This document shows, in pieces, positions 40,860-55,629 of a stretch of DNA of 64,000 nt (positions are counted from its first letter, which is position 1; the number at the start of each line of letters is the position of its first letter). The stretch comes from the human T2T-CHM13v2.0 reference genome, Homo sapiens. The translations under genes were made by a program, and so were the position numbers. The stretch lies in assembly GCF_009914755.1 (NCBI RefSeq), contig NC_060932.1; one strand, 5' to 3'. The notes below the pieces were generated by a model. The model searched no databases, was not told the DNA's origin, and was given only the letters and a program-made list of their open reading frames with translations.

Positions 40860-41699
40860 TTAAACTGTAGAATCTGTTTCCCATGTGATTTGTAGCTACT
40901 CCTGTTTCTGTTCAGATATTTTTAATTTAAATTTTAGTTTTTATCCTGAATTCTTAGGGTCATTATCTACATGAATGTGTATTTATTAAGTAAAATAATC
41001 ACTTTTTTATTGTTGTTCAGTGAGTCGAAAGCTGGGTACTAGTTAAAAAAGCTGAACATATAATCATAGTCACAGAGATGAAAGTTGACAAATTTGTATA
41101 GATGAACGTATCTGCTTCTCATTCTTACAGTCATTTTAAATTTTATTTCAATCTGGAATTTCATTAGGCTACAGAACTGTTTAGGTTATAATCTATTTTA
41201 GTTTTGGAAGCACTCACCTATGATACCATTAAAATATGATGTATTTTAGGGCTCAGCATTTGACTGTATTTTTGATTTTTGTATTGTTATTGTCTATTTA
41301 GATTTTCTGTCTTTTTGAGTCAAATTTATCAATTTTTAGTTTCCTTGAAAATAATCCATTTCATAAACATTTTTAAAAATGTATTGGGATTCATAGTATC
41401 CTCATAAATTTCTAAATCTTCCCTATATCTGTTCCCACTGTCTTGCTTCTGATGTTTATTTGTAATTTGTAAGATTTTTTTTATTTCTTAGAGATTTGAT
41501 TTTTTAAGGAAACAACTTTTGGTTTTAGCAGTCCTATTTTCTATTTTTTTGTTTCTTATGAAATGTTTTCTGCTTTTATCCTTCCTATTTAGCTTCTTTT
41601 TCATGTGAAATTATTTGAGAATTGATTTTGAAGTTTTTCTAAAAATTAACTTACTTTATTTATTTTGTCCGTTTTAAATTATTTTATACGTGCTCTTAA

Positions 41700-42011
<312 letters not shown>

Positions 42012-42906
42012 AGTGATAAAATTTTATTTGAGAATCACTTTTGTTGTCTCATCAGTGTTGAAAAAGCATGCTTTTAAAAGTTATTTCTTACTAACTCTAA
42101 CATTTGAATTCTAATTTCCTTTTCAATGCAAATATTGAAAATGATGTTTTAAATTTTCAATGGCTAGGGACTTTTCAAAACAAACTTTTTCTTGTTAGTT
42201 TGTGATTTTATTGATAGTGCTCAGTTATCTTATATTGCCTACACTTTTTAAAAATTTGTTGAGATTCTATCGTCCAATATATGGCTGAAGTTCCATTTAA
42301 GGTAGTATTTTTAATATAGCATTTTATATAAATTCATTAGCTAAATCTTATCAATTGTTCTTCAAGTCTTCTACCTCATTATTTTTCATTTACTTGATAT
42401 GCAAACATGTATAGTAAGGGATTCCACCACAGTTGTGGAATTGACAGTTTAGTCATGTATATAATCAGTTATTTATTTATATACTTATAAACTATGTTTT
42501 TAATACAGAAATGTTCATAACAATGGTGGTAAATTTATACCTTGAATTATAATCTAATCAATATGAAATATATATTTATCTTCTTTAATTTTTTTATACT
42601 TGAATTTCATTTTTACTAGATATTAACACTGCCTTACCATCTTTCTCTTTGTTACTATTTTTCTAACATATTTTTCTATTTTTTAGTTTCAACGTTTATC
42701 TGTACATTTTTTCCCTTTAGATGTGTCGCATGCAAGCAGCTTAGAGTTGGTTTTATTTTGTTTTTAACCCAATCTTCTTTTTAATTGGGAAGTTTAGTTT
42801 ATTTATATTGATTGTGATCATGGATACGTTTGCATTTGTTCTTTTCATATGACTTAAAAATTTTCCTGTTTTCTTTTTTATTGTTTTATTTCCTCTTCCT
42901 GGTTAG

Positions 42907-43263
<357 letters not shown>

Positions 43264-46200
43264 CTTGCACATTCTACTTTTTCTTATGATTTTCCTTAAT
43301 TTTAACAATCACACTTAAGCTTAAGATTTTTATCAAACTCAAGAGTTAATTATTATATCTTTCTCATTTAGAATATAATAAGCTTAGGTCTTCCTTTATC
43401 ACTTCTCCCATCCATAGTTATACATTCTGTAATTTTTATCATTCTTTGTCTCGTATTCAAATTAGTTTTTCCGCATTCTGTACACACATAATTCTTCCAG
43501 AGGTGGTATGTTGGTACTAAAATTTCTTTTAGCTTTTACTGTACTGAAATTGTCCTTATTTTGGCTTCCTATTGAATAATTGTTTAAATAAATACAAAAT
43601 TCTTTCACAGTTGTTTTCTCCAGAAATTGGAAGATTTTGACGTTACTTCTTAATATCAATTTTGCAGATACAGTGTCATATCAATCTGTTTCTAATTCAT
43701 TTCTTTATAAGTTATTTTATTTTCTCTCTAAACTCTTTTAGAATTTTTATATTCCTTCTTGGTATTCTGAAATATCACCACTATGCAACTCAATAAAGAT
43801 TTTCTATTGTTTACCTTGTTCTGTACTCTAAAACAATTATTGGGAAATATCATTTCAATCCAGTAATTATCTTTCTTTGGCTTTGGGAAATTTTATTCCA
43901 TTATATTGGTATTATTATTTATTTCTGCATATCTCAGTCATCTTTTCATGGCAAGTGGTAGAAAAACACAACTAAAATGACTTAACAAAAAGATAAACTA
44001 ATTGATCCCAGTACTAAAATGGCCTATGTTGGTACTTATTTAAGTACCAGAGTCTCACTCTCATTAAAGCTGATTTTCTCTTTCTTTTAATTTTTTTTAT
44101 AGGAAGAAATTTTACTACTTCTTTGAAGGCTCACCTCTTTATCTATGGCAGCCTCAGGCTGAAATCTTCCAAGTTTATGTCCAGTGGTATGGTGACTGAA
44201 TTTTCTACCAGCTCTGTAAAACTCCATGGTGTATTACTGGCTGTAATTGGGTTATGATTTCAATTTCTTAGCTAGTCACCATAGCCAGAAAAACAATAAT
44301 CTGATTATGCAGACCTGAGATTCATGCCCTCTGTTGAAATCAGGCATGGAGCCAGCTTTACCCAAATTGAATTTGAGTAAACTCAGAATGGATTGAGAAT
44401 GAGACAAGAATAGTTTCCATTGCCCTAAGAGAAACTGAAGTATGCCGTTGGCAAAAGAAGGAGGAATTGATGTTCAGTGTCTATTTCTAGCTGAACATAT
44501 AGATGCTCCTGTACTTTCCATTTTCTCTGTCTGATTTTTCTGAGTGCATATTAAAATTTCTTAACCCATTTTCCTTGTATCTTAAGCTTATCATTCACAT
44601 TTTTTCTTTGTCCTTTTATATTGTATTATAGGAATATTCTTTGAGTTGATCTTTCAGCCCACTGTTTTGTTTTTCAGTTATATGGATCTATCAAATATAT
44701 ATATATATATATATTTTAATTGCATGAAGAAAGTTTTATTTCAAAGTCTCCAATTGAGTCTTTGTCAATGTAACATATTCTCACATTTTAAATTTTATTT
44801 TATTCTAATGCCCTGCTTTGCTTGTCCTATTAACCTCATTTTCTCATTATAATAATGTTAGTTCCTTCTAATGTTCAATAATCTCTCTGCTCATTTTTGT
44901 ATTTTAGATCTCTGTCCACTTACCTCCTCTAGTCACTAAGATCAGTCTCTGATGACAGAGGCTGGCTGTGCCGCTAGGAGGGCAGCTCTATGTGCTTCAG
45001 CTCCCATTCTGGGAACAGGAGCTCCTTGTCCTTCCTGGAGCATTGCTCTGCCTCAGGGCCCACTTGCCCACACTCTGCCTTAGCCTATGGGCAGACACTT
45101 TTGCTGCCTGTTGCTTAGTACAGATCAGAGAGGGGAGTGGTGCTTGCTAGCCTAGCTCTCACCTTCGTTTCTCAATTAATAACTTGTCTGATGAATGCTT
45201 GAAGCTGTCTTTGTATCTTGTGGCAATTGACTTTGTGTTCAGATCTCCTCCTTCACTCTTCCCATCACAGCATTCTTTTGCTTATGTTTAGTTCATGTTT
45301 TGCTTCAGTTTAACAACTTTGTATATTCAATCCTATCTACTGTCTATCTTTCCAGAATCCTTTAACATTTCTAGTCTGTTGGTGGCATTCTTTTTTTCAC
45401 CCTGTTTTGGATTTACTTTTTCTTTGAAAACTTTTTTTTTTTTTTTTTTTTTGCTGTTTTATAGGATTTCAGATGGGAAGGAGGGTAGATATGCATGTTT
45501 AGACAACAATCTCAATCCAATTGCTTTCTTTTAGTTTCTGTGTAATTAAAAAATTCTATTCTGTTTCTTCCAAATCATATGGAAAGGAGAAAATAACTTT
45601 ATAGCCTGTCTTGAAATATTTGAATGACAGAAAAGTATTGGGTCAGGGAGGAAGGAAGGAGCTAATGTTCATTGAGAGTCTACTACTCATCAAGCTGTGT
45701 CTTTAGTTTGATGACAACTGAGTTCCAGATGGAAAATTTTGTTTAATATGGATAAGTAATGAGATAAATTACACACCCACACCCACACACCACTTTGACA
45801 TCTATGAAATGCTGTTTTCTACTGGTAATCAGAGAAACTTAATGTACTTTGTTATAGAGAAACCTAAGCATATCTTGCTCTTTCTACTCCCCAGAAGACA
45901 AGCTGATATACACAGGTTATCCAAAGCAGCACCATTCCCAGGGCTCTTGGCAACCATGATCTAGAGTGACTATTAATGCAATTAATAAAAAGCCAAATCT
46001 GATAAGATTATTTAAAATGTGAGATATTAAAAAAGCTAATTAAGTTGGCCTCCAGACAAAGGAAATCGTGCTAAGAGTCATTTGTTTTACAGCAAATCGT
46101 ATTTCAAATTTTAGAATAAAATAAGATGTATACATGTATCTTATTTGTATTAAATTCTTGTGACTATGCACATATTTTATTACTTAACTTAATCAGATGA

Positions 46201-47012
46201 TGAACTTAATCATTCTGTTGTGAATTTTTAATTCTAACTATTTAACCTGAAGCAGTTGCCAAAATTTAAAATGTTTCCGTGATATCTGCCAGTGAATGAG
46301 AGATATAGTAGATTTCTCTAAATACAAGTAATACTTTATAGGATTTGGAAGTACAATTTAAGGTACTTATTAATTATAAAAATCTTCTATGGTGCAACTT
46401 TCCTTGCTATGCACTTAATTTATACCCAGATCATTTCACACCACAACCCACACGAGTAAGACCACAAAAAAAAGTTCTTATCTCATGAAGAATCTTTGCT
46501 ATTTAATAATTTTATTATATGTGGAAGCTTTAGAATACTGAGCTACTTTATTATATAAAAATATTTTATTGTATTTATCTTAAGCAGCTAACACAATATC
46601 TTTAGTTCAAAGTTTGTCTTCAGTCTATAAAGACATTCTTGTTTGACTGTTTCAAAAATATACTAATTTATCCCAGTCTAGAGGAAACCTTTTTAGGATT
46701 CTAAGACACAAGCTTCTCAGTGAATTCTAGACAACCACAGCTCAAAAAATTCAAACAAAATTAGATGTATAAAAGTTTTTACCTCATCTAGTTCATGGTG
46801 GTAACTATGTCAGATTGAAACAAAATAACATTAAGTATAAAATGAGAACTTTGTTTTTACAGTTAAAATCCAAACTGGCATTCAGATGTATATGTTAGTA
46901 TAATAATTATACTTATTTTATATATCAGAAACCTGTACTCATCTTGTGAAATACATGCCTTATCCTTTAAAAATTGGAAAGTTACAAGATATTGAAGAAA
47001 AGGTATGCTTAC

Positions 47013-47140
47013 CTTTCTTCATGGAAATTGACATCCTGTTTCTGATGTTACACAGGCATAAATAATCAAGCGGAGAAGTGTTCCTTTCCTCACACAGGCA
47101 ATAGGTTGCACCCACTTTAATAGTCCCATATAATTATATA
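47013..47140 (-). other. Candidate distal alternative first exon/promoter of TRPA1 (coding part 47034-47013, MSISMKK+G)
   Basis: TATATAA at 47140-47134; aggATG at 47034; donor AAG|GTAAGC at 47012; phase matches an acceptor at 32537 in the exon 1 UTR. Confidence 0.55.
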
Positions 47141-47337
47141 AGGGGTGGTTCATTCTAAGAGTCAATATTATGCCTTTTTATTAGACTACATGGTGGGTGA
47201 TCACTATGTATTCATAATTTGAACTTTGAAATTTTATTACTGTCTACTTGAAACCAATCACTTAATTTAATTATTGCTTATAAGTTTGTTTCACCTACCA
47301 TGGTTCCTTTGTAATGCAAAACCACAAACCAAAGTCC

Positions 47338-47663
47338 AGTAGTTTCCCCTTATCCATGGGAGATACTTTCTAAGACCCCCCAGTGGATGCCTGAAACTCA
47401 GATAGTACTGAACCCTATATATACTATCTTTTCCTTATAAATATGTACATATGATAAAATTTAATTTGTCAATTAGACACAGCAAGAAATTAACAACAAA
47501 AATAAAAAAAGGAACAATTATCAACACATAGTATAAGAAAATTTATGTGAATGTGCTCTTTCTTAAAATATCTTATTCATTGTACTCACCTATGCTTGGG
47601 CTGCAGTTGACCACAGTAATTGAAACTGCAGAAAGTGAAATCTCAGAAAAAGGATGACTACTA
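47338..47663. mobile_element. MER2-like TcMar-Tigger element
   Basis: 'cagtagtttccccttatcc...gaccccccagtggatgcctgaaac...ggatgactact' with degenerate TIRs. Confidence 0.75.
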
Positions 47664-50600
47664 TAGTTAACAGTAGTAGTCATAAGAGAATTACATAGCC
47701 TTTGTGGAAAACTAATTGCCATCCTCCTACTGAATAAAAGAGAGATTATCAAGAAAAGTAAATGAAGAATTGCAGCATTGTCATTTACTCCTTAAAATCT
47801 GTTATGCATCAGTAAATTGAAGACAAAACTGAACTATCCAAGAGAATGTACCAAAATAAAATATGGCAAATTCCCATACCATCAACATGTATCTGTGTCT
47901 CCCAGAGATATGACTCAGGGAAGCATAAACTTCTAAAGAAAGTAGTTAACAAATTATCTTGTGAAAACTGTAATGTTTTACTAAATCAAGCTAACTTTAG
48001 ACATCAAATATGACAACTTGATTGAAAATGCCTCATCTGATGCATTCTCTATTTTCTGTCCCTAAGCATTTTTATTTACTCTTAATTATTAATTCAGAAA
48101 CATTTATTGACTAGTAACTATATATGATGTGGTATATTAGGATCTCCCAAGAAACTCCCAGGTTAATAAGAAAGAAAGGAAAGTAGATATTTGCAGCAGA
48201 ATGTGCAGAGTGTAATATGTACACTAACTGTGGCAATAAGGGTTGGTATCTCAATTATGCAAAGTCCAAAACAGTATTCTTAATCAGCCAGAGACTTTTT
48301 TCAACTGATGGTTCAGAGACCAAGCATTCTACCACAGAGTACCTCTTTCATCTTCAATTCATGGTTTTCTATGTTGTCATGTTCACTTATATTGAACCAT
48401 GAAAGGGAAAGAGCATAGAGCAGTTCTGGGGACATTGTTTTGGATCAGGTCTGTTGTGGCCATGTAGCTACAATAACTGCAAGGGAGGTTGGAAAGTGTA
48501 GTTCCTAGGAGGAAGAGGAAACACATTTGTCAATATTTCAGGTGCTGTGGGACCACAGCTATGGGTGAGGGTTGGTCAGGGAAGGCTCTCTGAAGAAAGG
48601 GCTGTCCATATTGTATTGATTTTGGTGAGGGAACTAGCCAGGAGAATATTGGAGTAGCAAAGGAAAACCAATGCGAGCAAGATCATCGTAGATGGAAGAG
48701 CATGTGCAGATCACAGATGGGAAAGAGGTTGGCGAAATGAAGAAATTGCAATATGGGTTCTCATGAAGGAATGGAAAGAAAGGAGAGCAAGAAGGACTAT
48801 GGATGCTTTTGTAATGGGGATGTCCACCTTGTAAGATTTAAGACTCCATTTTTTTTTTTTTTTTTTTTTGAGATCACCCAATCAGCATTGTAGGTGGTGA
48901 AGTAAGCAGGCCAAGAGTAAGGTCAGTAAAATCAGTAAGGATGACATCATGGTCATAAACTCAGAAAGGTTGAAGTCTTGAACTGTAGCAGTGGAAATTA
49001 AGAGTGGGAAGGATTTATTAGACCTCTAGGACATAGACAGTCTGAACTTGGAGGACAATTTGAGGGTGAGATGAGTGAAAGCAGGGTCTAATGTGACTTC
49101 AAGATTTTTGACTTCCTGGGAAGAACAGAGGGAGGAAAAAGTGGGGTATGTTCAGAGGCAGGAGGAGGAAAAGACTCCGTCATCAAGAAAGCCATGAGAT
49201 GACAGTTTTAAAATGGTAGAAAAATATAACTGCAAAAGTTGCAAAAAGGTGAAGAAAATGAGGATCAAAAGGTCTTTTTTCAGTGTGGAAATTAGAATCT
49301 CACAGGTGACTTGCTAAGTTCAACTTGAGAATCTAAATTTATTGATTAACAGTAAGCACTTCAACAACACTGGAAATAAAGCACCACAGTCATGCCAGAA
49401 ATTTGTTATAAGTAATAGAACAGCTTACCCTAGTGTTTAAGTGATTTAGTTATAGAGACAAAAGGGCTTTAATATTAAATATTAATATTTAATATTTATC
49501 ACAGTGATATTGGGCAAAGTTTAAAATGAATCTGATTATGCTTTGAATAGTACAGAACTATTGGAATTCTAACTTTGATATTTATTCATGTGAAAAGCTT
49601 TCATCTCTGTGTAAATTCTTTGGGAACCTTGATGATGATAATGCATACGATTATTATTACTCAGAAGTCATACTGAGTTGAAATTTGCAATAATGATTTT
49701 AAAATTTCAATATTAGAGTGATAGAAAATTACACTATAAGCAACAGTAATGACTTGTGGACCTCATGACAACAACATTTCAAAGTATGTAGGATCAGTAA
49801 GGGTATTTTGAAGCCTGCTTATGTGATAATAATATAATTGAGTTATTATTTATTAGCCAAAGCTAAACATTTTAATAGCAGGCATTTCGTATGCAGTAAA
49901 AAAAATCTCTGACTGACAAAGAACAGCTTATAGACAATTAGCAAAACTGGAATTAGTAGAATAGAAAATCGTGGTTGTATTAAGAAAATCTCTCAAAAAT
50001 TAAAAGGTAATACTGAGTTGTCTGTAACAAATCTCAAAGAACAAAAAGTGATACAGAAATAATGTAATGTATATTTAGTTATAGAATCTTTGATCCTATT
50101 AAAAACTAAAATAATATGCCTTTTATATTCTATTAGAAGGCAAAAACTTAAGTGGAAAAATGACCTACATCTTTATTAAAATTATAATATGGTGGATTAC
50201 TATGAAAAACAGTAGTAATCTGTCTTTTGTTTGGTTGTTTTGGTTTTATTTTTCTGTTGGCTCACCAGGGATGAGATAAATACAGTGTTATAAATGTCCC
50301 ATATTATAAAATAAGACAAAACATAGACCAATACAGACAGCACTACAAAAATTGATCTATTTCCCCAATAGGAAATCAGCAAACCATACCCAAATTACCT
50401 GGCTATCCACCGAAGACTCCACCAATGCTCTGCTAAATCAGACTTTTACAGGCCAGGAGAACAAGGGTCGTGCAATGATGTAACATTTGCAATAAGATGA
50501 AGTTTTAGCACCCAACCTGCCACCTGAAAATTTTATAACCTTAGGTTGGTCATTTTATTTCTCTGAATTTCAGATCCCTTATGCACACAATGGAAATAAT

Positions 50601-52614
50601 AAAATCACCTTCATTAGGGTTATGTCAGAAACAAAGCAGACAACGTATGAGAAAATTCTTATTATACTATAAAGTACTATATAGCATAATCATCTGGGGT
50701 TTACAAGTGGCATTACATAATGCTTATTTATTATGCTGATGATCCTTTTTCAATAATACAAGAAAGCATTAGGAGCACAATACAAGATAGACCATTTATG
50801 AAACTTTCAGGTAGAGAAACAATATATCTTGGACTTTTCTAAAGCCAAACATGCTTTATTATTGTGGTCTTAGGAATAAGATAAATCTTTGGGGAAATGG
50901 CTATAGAGTAACTTTTTAATTGAGTTGCTGTAATAACAGGAAAACTAATGCAGCTTATGCTTTCTCAGAACTCTACATCACCAAGATATTTACAGGAATT
51001 TGCAGGCATTGTTCACATTTATCGAATGACCACAATAACCTGTTTTATATGCATTACTTCATTTAGATGCTTAACATTTGTTATCCCATTGAATTCTTAC
51101 AGCAACTTATGAAGCTGCCCCTATATTTTTCCTATTTTACAGATGAGGAAACTAAGGCATAAAGTGGTGAACTGACTTGCCCAAAAGATCCTTAGAAACA
51201 GAGATTCCATAAACGTCTTTAGTTGCCAATTCTAACGTTAATAATCTCCAGGCATCAACAAGCTGCCTCCCCTCCTCCTTTCACTGCTCTACTCATGTAA
51301 TTATTATTTTCATCTGTAAACATTGAGCCTTCATGGTCTGATTCATCCTGACTGTGCTTCATAAATATGTCCACAAAAATTGCCTGCCCAAAAGGAAATA
51401 CTTCCAGATAAATTTCCTGTGCTGTGGTTAAAGAAAATGAAACAAATTACGATCACTTGCTTGTTCATTAAGGTAAATATATCCAAATTAGGGTTAATAT
51501 TGAATGAACTATTTGTTGCCCTCATTGAGATATTCCAAGCACAGACTCCAGGTAAATAACCAGTTAATCTCTAATAAAGGCCAAATTGAGAGCCAGTGTG
51601 AACACAGCTGCCCCATTCCCTTACAAATCTCTTCATTTTTATTGAAAACATCAAAGGCAATATCTGTTTTCTTTTATATCTAATAAATTTAAAATAAGTC
51701 TCGGTGTACACATCGAAATAAAATATTAGAATGACCATATTGCCAAACATTAATCTCTTATTCAATTAAGATTTGCTGAAGACCCTCTGGGCTAGTTGAT
51801 GGAAGTCTACAAAAGACTGGTTTCAGTCTTTTTAGACATGGTTTCTGGCCTGAAAACTTTCTCCTAGAGAGGAAAGCACTTAGGTGTGCTTACAGGAGTC
51901 AAGAAATGGTGGCAAAGGCATTTTAGGGAGAAGAAACTGTGTGGATAAAGTTTGATACCCTGAAAGAGTCACAGTTTTTCAGTACTCTTAGTGCATGAAG
52001 CCTACAGGGGACAGGCTGCATAGCAAAGTAGAAGTGAGATTGTTAAAGGTTTTATCTTCATCTCGCAGTTTGTATGGGACACCAAAAAATGTGGGGCAAG
52101 ATTAAATTTGCTTCTCAGAAAAGTTAGTCTGATGCTTGTCTGAGGAATAAATTGGAAGGCGCAGAAACAGTTAGAGGTCCTAACAGGCAGGAGATGATGA
52201 GGGCCTGACTGAGGGCAGTAAATGGGAATGGTGAGACCTGGTAGTTGCAAAAGCTTTATAGTAGGCAGAGGCATCATGAATTGTAAGGAATTTGATATGG
52301 GTGAGTGAAGGAGGATTTCTCATTTCTGAGATTATTCTGTTTCTGGGCAGTGGGGTCTCATTTATCTGAGGATCAAGAGAGGTCCGAGTTCAAGGTACAG
52401 TTGAGGCTACCAGAGCAAATGAAATCAACCAAAATGAATCAGTAGAGCAAAGATAGCAAGCCAGATGAGTAGCAGAAATGAGTGGGTCTAACTCTCTAAT
52501 AGATCTAAGAAAAAAATTTTGAGAAATAAATGTAGATAGGTAGGGAAGGAAAAATTACTGTGCAAGCCACTGACAGTGGGGAAACTAGTGAACCCATGTA
52601 CTTTTCAAAGCCCA

Positions 52615-52765
52615 TCTACTCGAAGTGTGGTCCACAGACCTTCCACTGTGACCTCGCCTGAGAACTTCTTAGAAAGGCAGAATCTCAGGCCCAGCCCCAG
52701 AGCTAATTAATCTGAATATTCATTTTAACAAGATTCCCTGTCAATTACCACCTCTGAGAAAGCAG
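52615..52765. mobile_element. MER5A-like hAT-Charlie
   Basis: 'aagtgtggtcc...gcagaatctcaggccc...cattttaacaagattccc'. Confidence 0.7.
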
Positions 52766-53422
52766 TGGCTTTAAGGATGCAATTGTTTTCCTGCTCTAGG
52801 TCATTGTTTTGACGTGCAAATATGGACCTGGTATTGTCAAATCTGCTTTTTCATGAGACAACACCCCCATTTTAGAATTTAGCGGTTAAGTGGTCAGGGT
52901 CCCAGAAGGGAGCAGAATTACCCCAGATGAGTCAAATGTAGAGACTTAAATAAAGGACTTCTTGCAGGGGCTGGTTAGGATTAACAGGACAAGCACAGGA
53001 TGGTGAGATGTCCAGTGATAAGCAGCAGTGCAGTGCATTACCGCCTTGCAGTGATAAGCAGCAGTGCAGTGCATTACCGCCTTGCAGGGCTGAAGGAAAA
53101 GGAGAAGAAAGCAAGTTATCAGAGCCCACTGAGTGCTGGCAAGCTACAGAAAGTGCTGCTTAAGACTGTTGCCCAGAGACAGAGCACAGAAAGGAGCAAG
53201 CAGGAAAAAAATCCTCTGAATTCTCTTTCTTGCAATTCTTCAATTTTCTACTGATGTCTTAAGTTGGCCAAACCCATCTGGCAGCCAGTTACAAGGTAGC
53301 TCACTGGAGTCACCTCCCAGAGCAAGTGGGCAAGGCAAAAACAGATTAGAAACAATAAAAAAAGTAGAAATACGGTGCAAGCCAAACAAAAAGTACTATG
53401 TAAGCCAAACCAAAAGTCCTCT

Positions 53423-54087
53423 TGTTCTCGGACAAAACCGAAGGTAGGGCTGCTTGTTCTCTGGGCCCAGTAATGAGATGCAGATGAACTGGGAAACAAG
53501 AGTTTATTTCTGTAACTGGGCACAGGGAGAAGGCTGGGAAAATGTCTCCAGAATAATTCAATATTACAAAGTTTTCCAGAGCTTATATATCTTCTAAGCT
53601 ATATGTCTATGTGTATGTATGCATGCATCTAAAGACATAAGTGATTAACCTCTTGTAATCTACAACTAAAGTCAAAGTTTTGAAAACCTTACTCTGGAGC
53701 CTTAGTAAATTTATTTAATCTAGATTGGTCCAGGTACTGGGATGATTACCCTGATCTTATCTCCTGCTAAATCATGGAGGTTTGGGGAGTTCCTTCAGAC
53801 GCCCAATTAACTTGTTTGTGGAGGCCTGGGGGGTTTCCTTCAGATCCCCAGTAAAACTTGATGAATCATAAATGGGTCCTGTTAAGAATTCCTTCATTAT
53901 CTTGTTATACTTCAAGGCCCAGGAAAGGCCTGGGCAAAACTCTTGGTGGGCTTTTTTTACACTCCAGCCTTTGTATAAGGCCATTGGCTTTCAGCTTTCA
54001 ATATTTAACTTAACAACTTGGTCAGTGCTGAAACAGCTGTCATGGAGGCCTGCCTGCTCAGTTGTTAGTGAGACCTGGCCTGCCACA
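53423..54087 (-). repeat. 3' LTR (665 bp, PABL-like)
   Basis: Same termini as the 5' LTR, with many substitutions. Confidence 0.92.
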
Positions 54088-54199
54088 ATCCCTACTGTCA
54101 ATTTGCACATGTTTTCTATCATACTTGTATATTTATTAATTATGAGAATTGTAGGCAGATGGGGTGTCATAATCTTTCTGGCTACTTCCTGATGAGAGG

Positions 54200-55609
54200 G
54201 GGTCATCGTTATGGGGCACCGATCTTAGCACTGGAGTGGAAGAGGTCGATTTGTTCCTGGTAGTACTCTCTCTTTTGGGGCTTAGAGGCAGTGCCTGCTG
54301 AAACATGATATGAGCTCGAGGGATGTTTTAGAGCAATATGCAACAGCGATGCCTTCCACAACATAACATTATGCCCATGCCTGCAAGGATGACCAGGACT
54401 GCAAGGATTTTCTGCCACCAGGAAGGCCTTCCGCTAAACCTTGATGCAATCCAGTCATTAAGCGATAGCCCAGGACTGGAGATTGCCTGAATCTGTTGGT
54501 GCATATACTTTAATGCCAGAAAATTATTCCCAGAGTTGTCAGGTACGTACATGCAAAATTCAGTTTTGGTGAGGGTGCAGGTTCCCCCTTGGGCTGTTGT
54601 TATAATGTCTAGGGCCATTCGATTTTGCAAGATAGCTTTCTGCATATGGTACATTTCAGCATTCATAAGGGAAATTCTTCAGAGACTTTCATTCAAGGCT
54701 CACTGCATGAAATTAGCTAGTGCCTCTATGTGCCATATGACAGTTTCTAAGCCTATTGAGGGCATAAAGATTGAGGTCAGATGATCGTACCAGTGAAAAA
54801 CTGACCTGGTCCGTCTGTTAAGCATATGTAACAGATTAGCTGGGTTTTGGATGGTTTTTATCCGGTGTCCCTGTGCCAATTAGGAGACCTAGAGTGTAGC
54901 ACCCCAACTGGCCTGAGGGCAGTCATGGCCGTAAATTGGTGCCACAAAGCCACTGATTCTGTAAGGGGGATACCAATTTTGGCCAGGTTGTTGAGACCAG
55001 TTGGTGGCAAACAAATCTCTTTGTTGTAGCACTATAGTATGTTGGTCTTGTTCGTGTGGAATGTGTGAAATCCATCCCATAACTCGAGTTACATTAGGCA
55101 AGTGGTCAAGGGAGTGGTTCCATTGTTCCCAGCATAAGGGGGGTACTTGGCTTAAACGTCCGGTGGAGGCAGTTAGCCAAATAAATCTGTCCCAAATTTG
55201 AAGAAAGCAATTTTTATACTGGTATCATAGTCTGGACATACACCCTCAGATTCAGCAAGGGAGTAGCTAAAGCTATTACATCATTCCTTGTTTTGTTGAC
55301 AGAGAATGGCTTTTTTTGCCCTGGGCCTTCCAAAGTTTTGTTTATGGGCCACTCTGAGACATTTGCCATGGTTACTCCTGTCGTTTGTGACCCAGTCCAA
55401 GATTTTAGATTTCCCAGCAAAGTTTGCAGGTAAATCCAGTCCTTCCCCTGGAGGTATCCCCAGCAAGGCAACCCCATGGTGCTAGAAAGGAGTAATAGGC
55501 CACAGACCCAGCAGGAGCTTCTTTGCAGGTTCTCTGCATAGTCCTGTGCCAATTGTAAGAAAAGATTAGAGGTGAGAGCAGAAACAATGAGAGGCATAGC
55601 AAGGAGCAT
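54200..55609 (-). pseudogene. ERV env (disrupted)
   Basis: Signal-peptide-like start, SU CWVC, furin RRTR (54816-54805), ISD LQNRMALDII, degenerate CX6CC, TM anchor. Confidence 0.9.
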
Positions 55610-55629
55610 TATGAGAAAGTCTTATGAAA

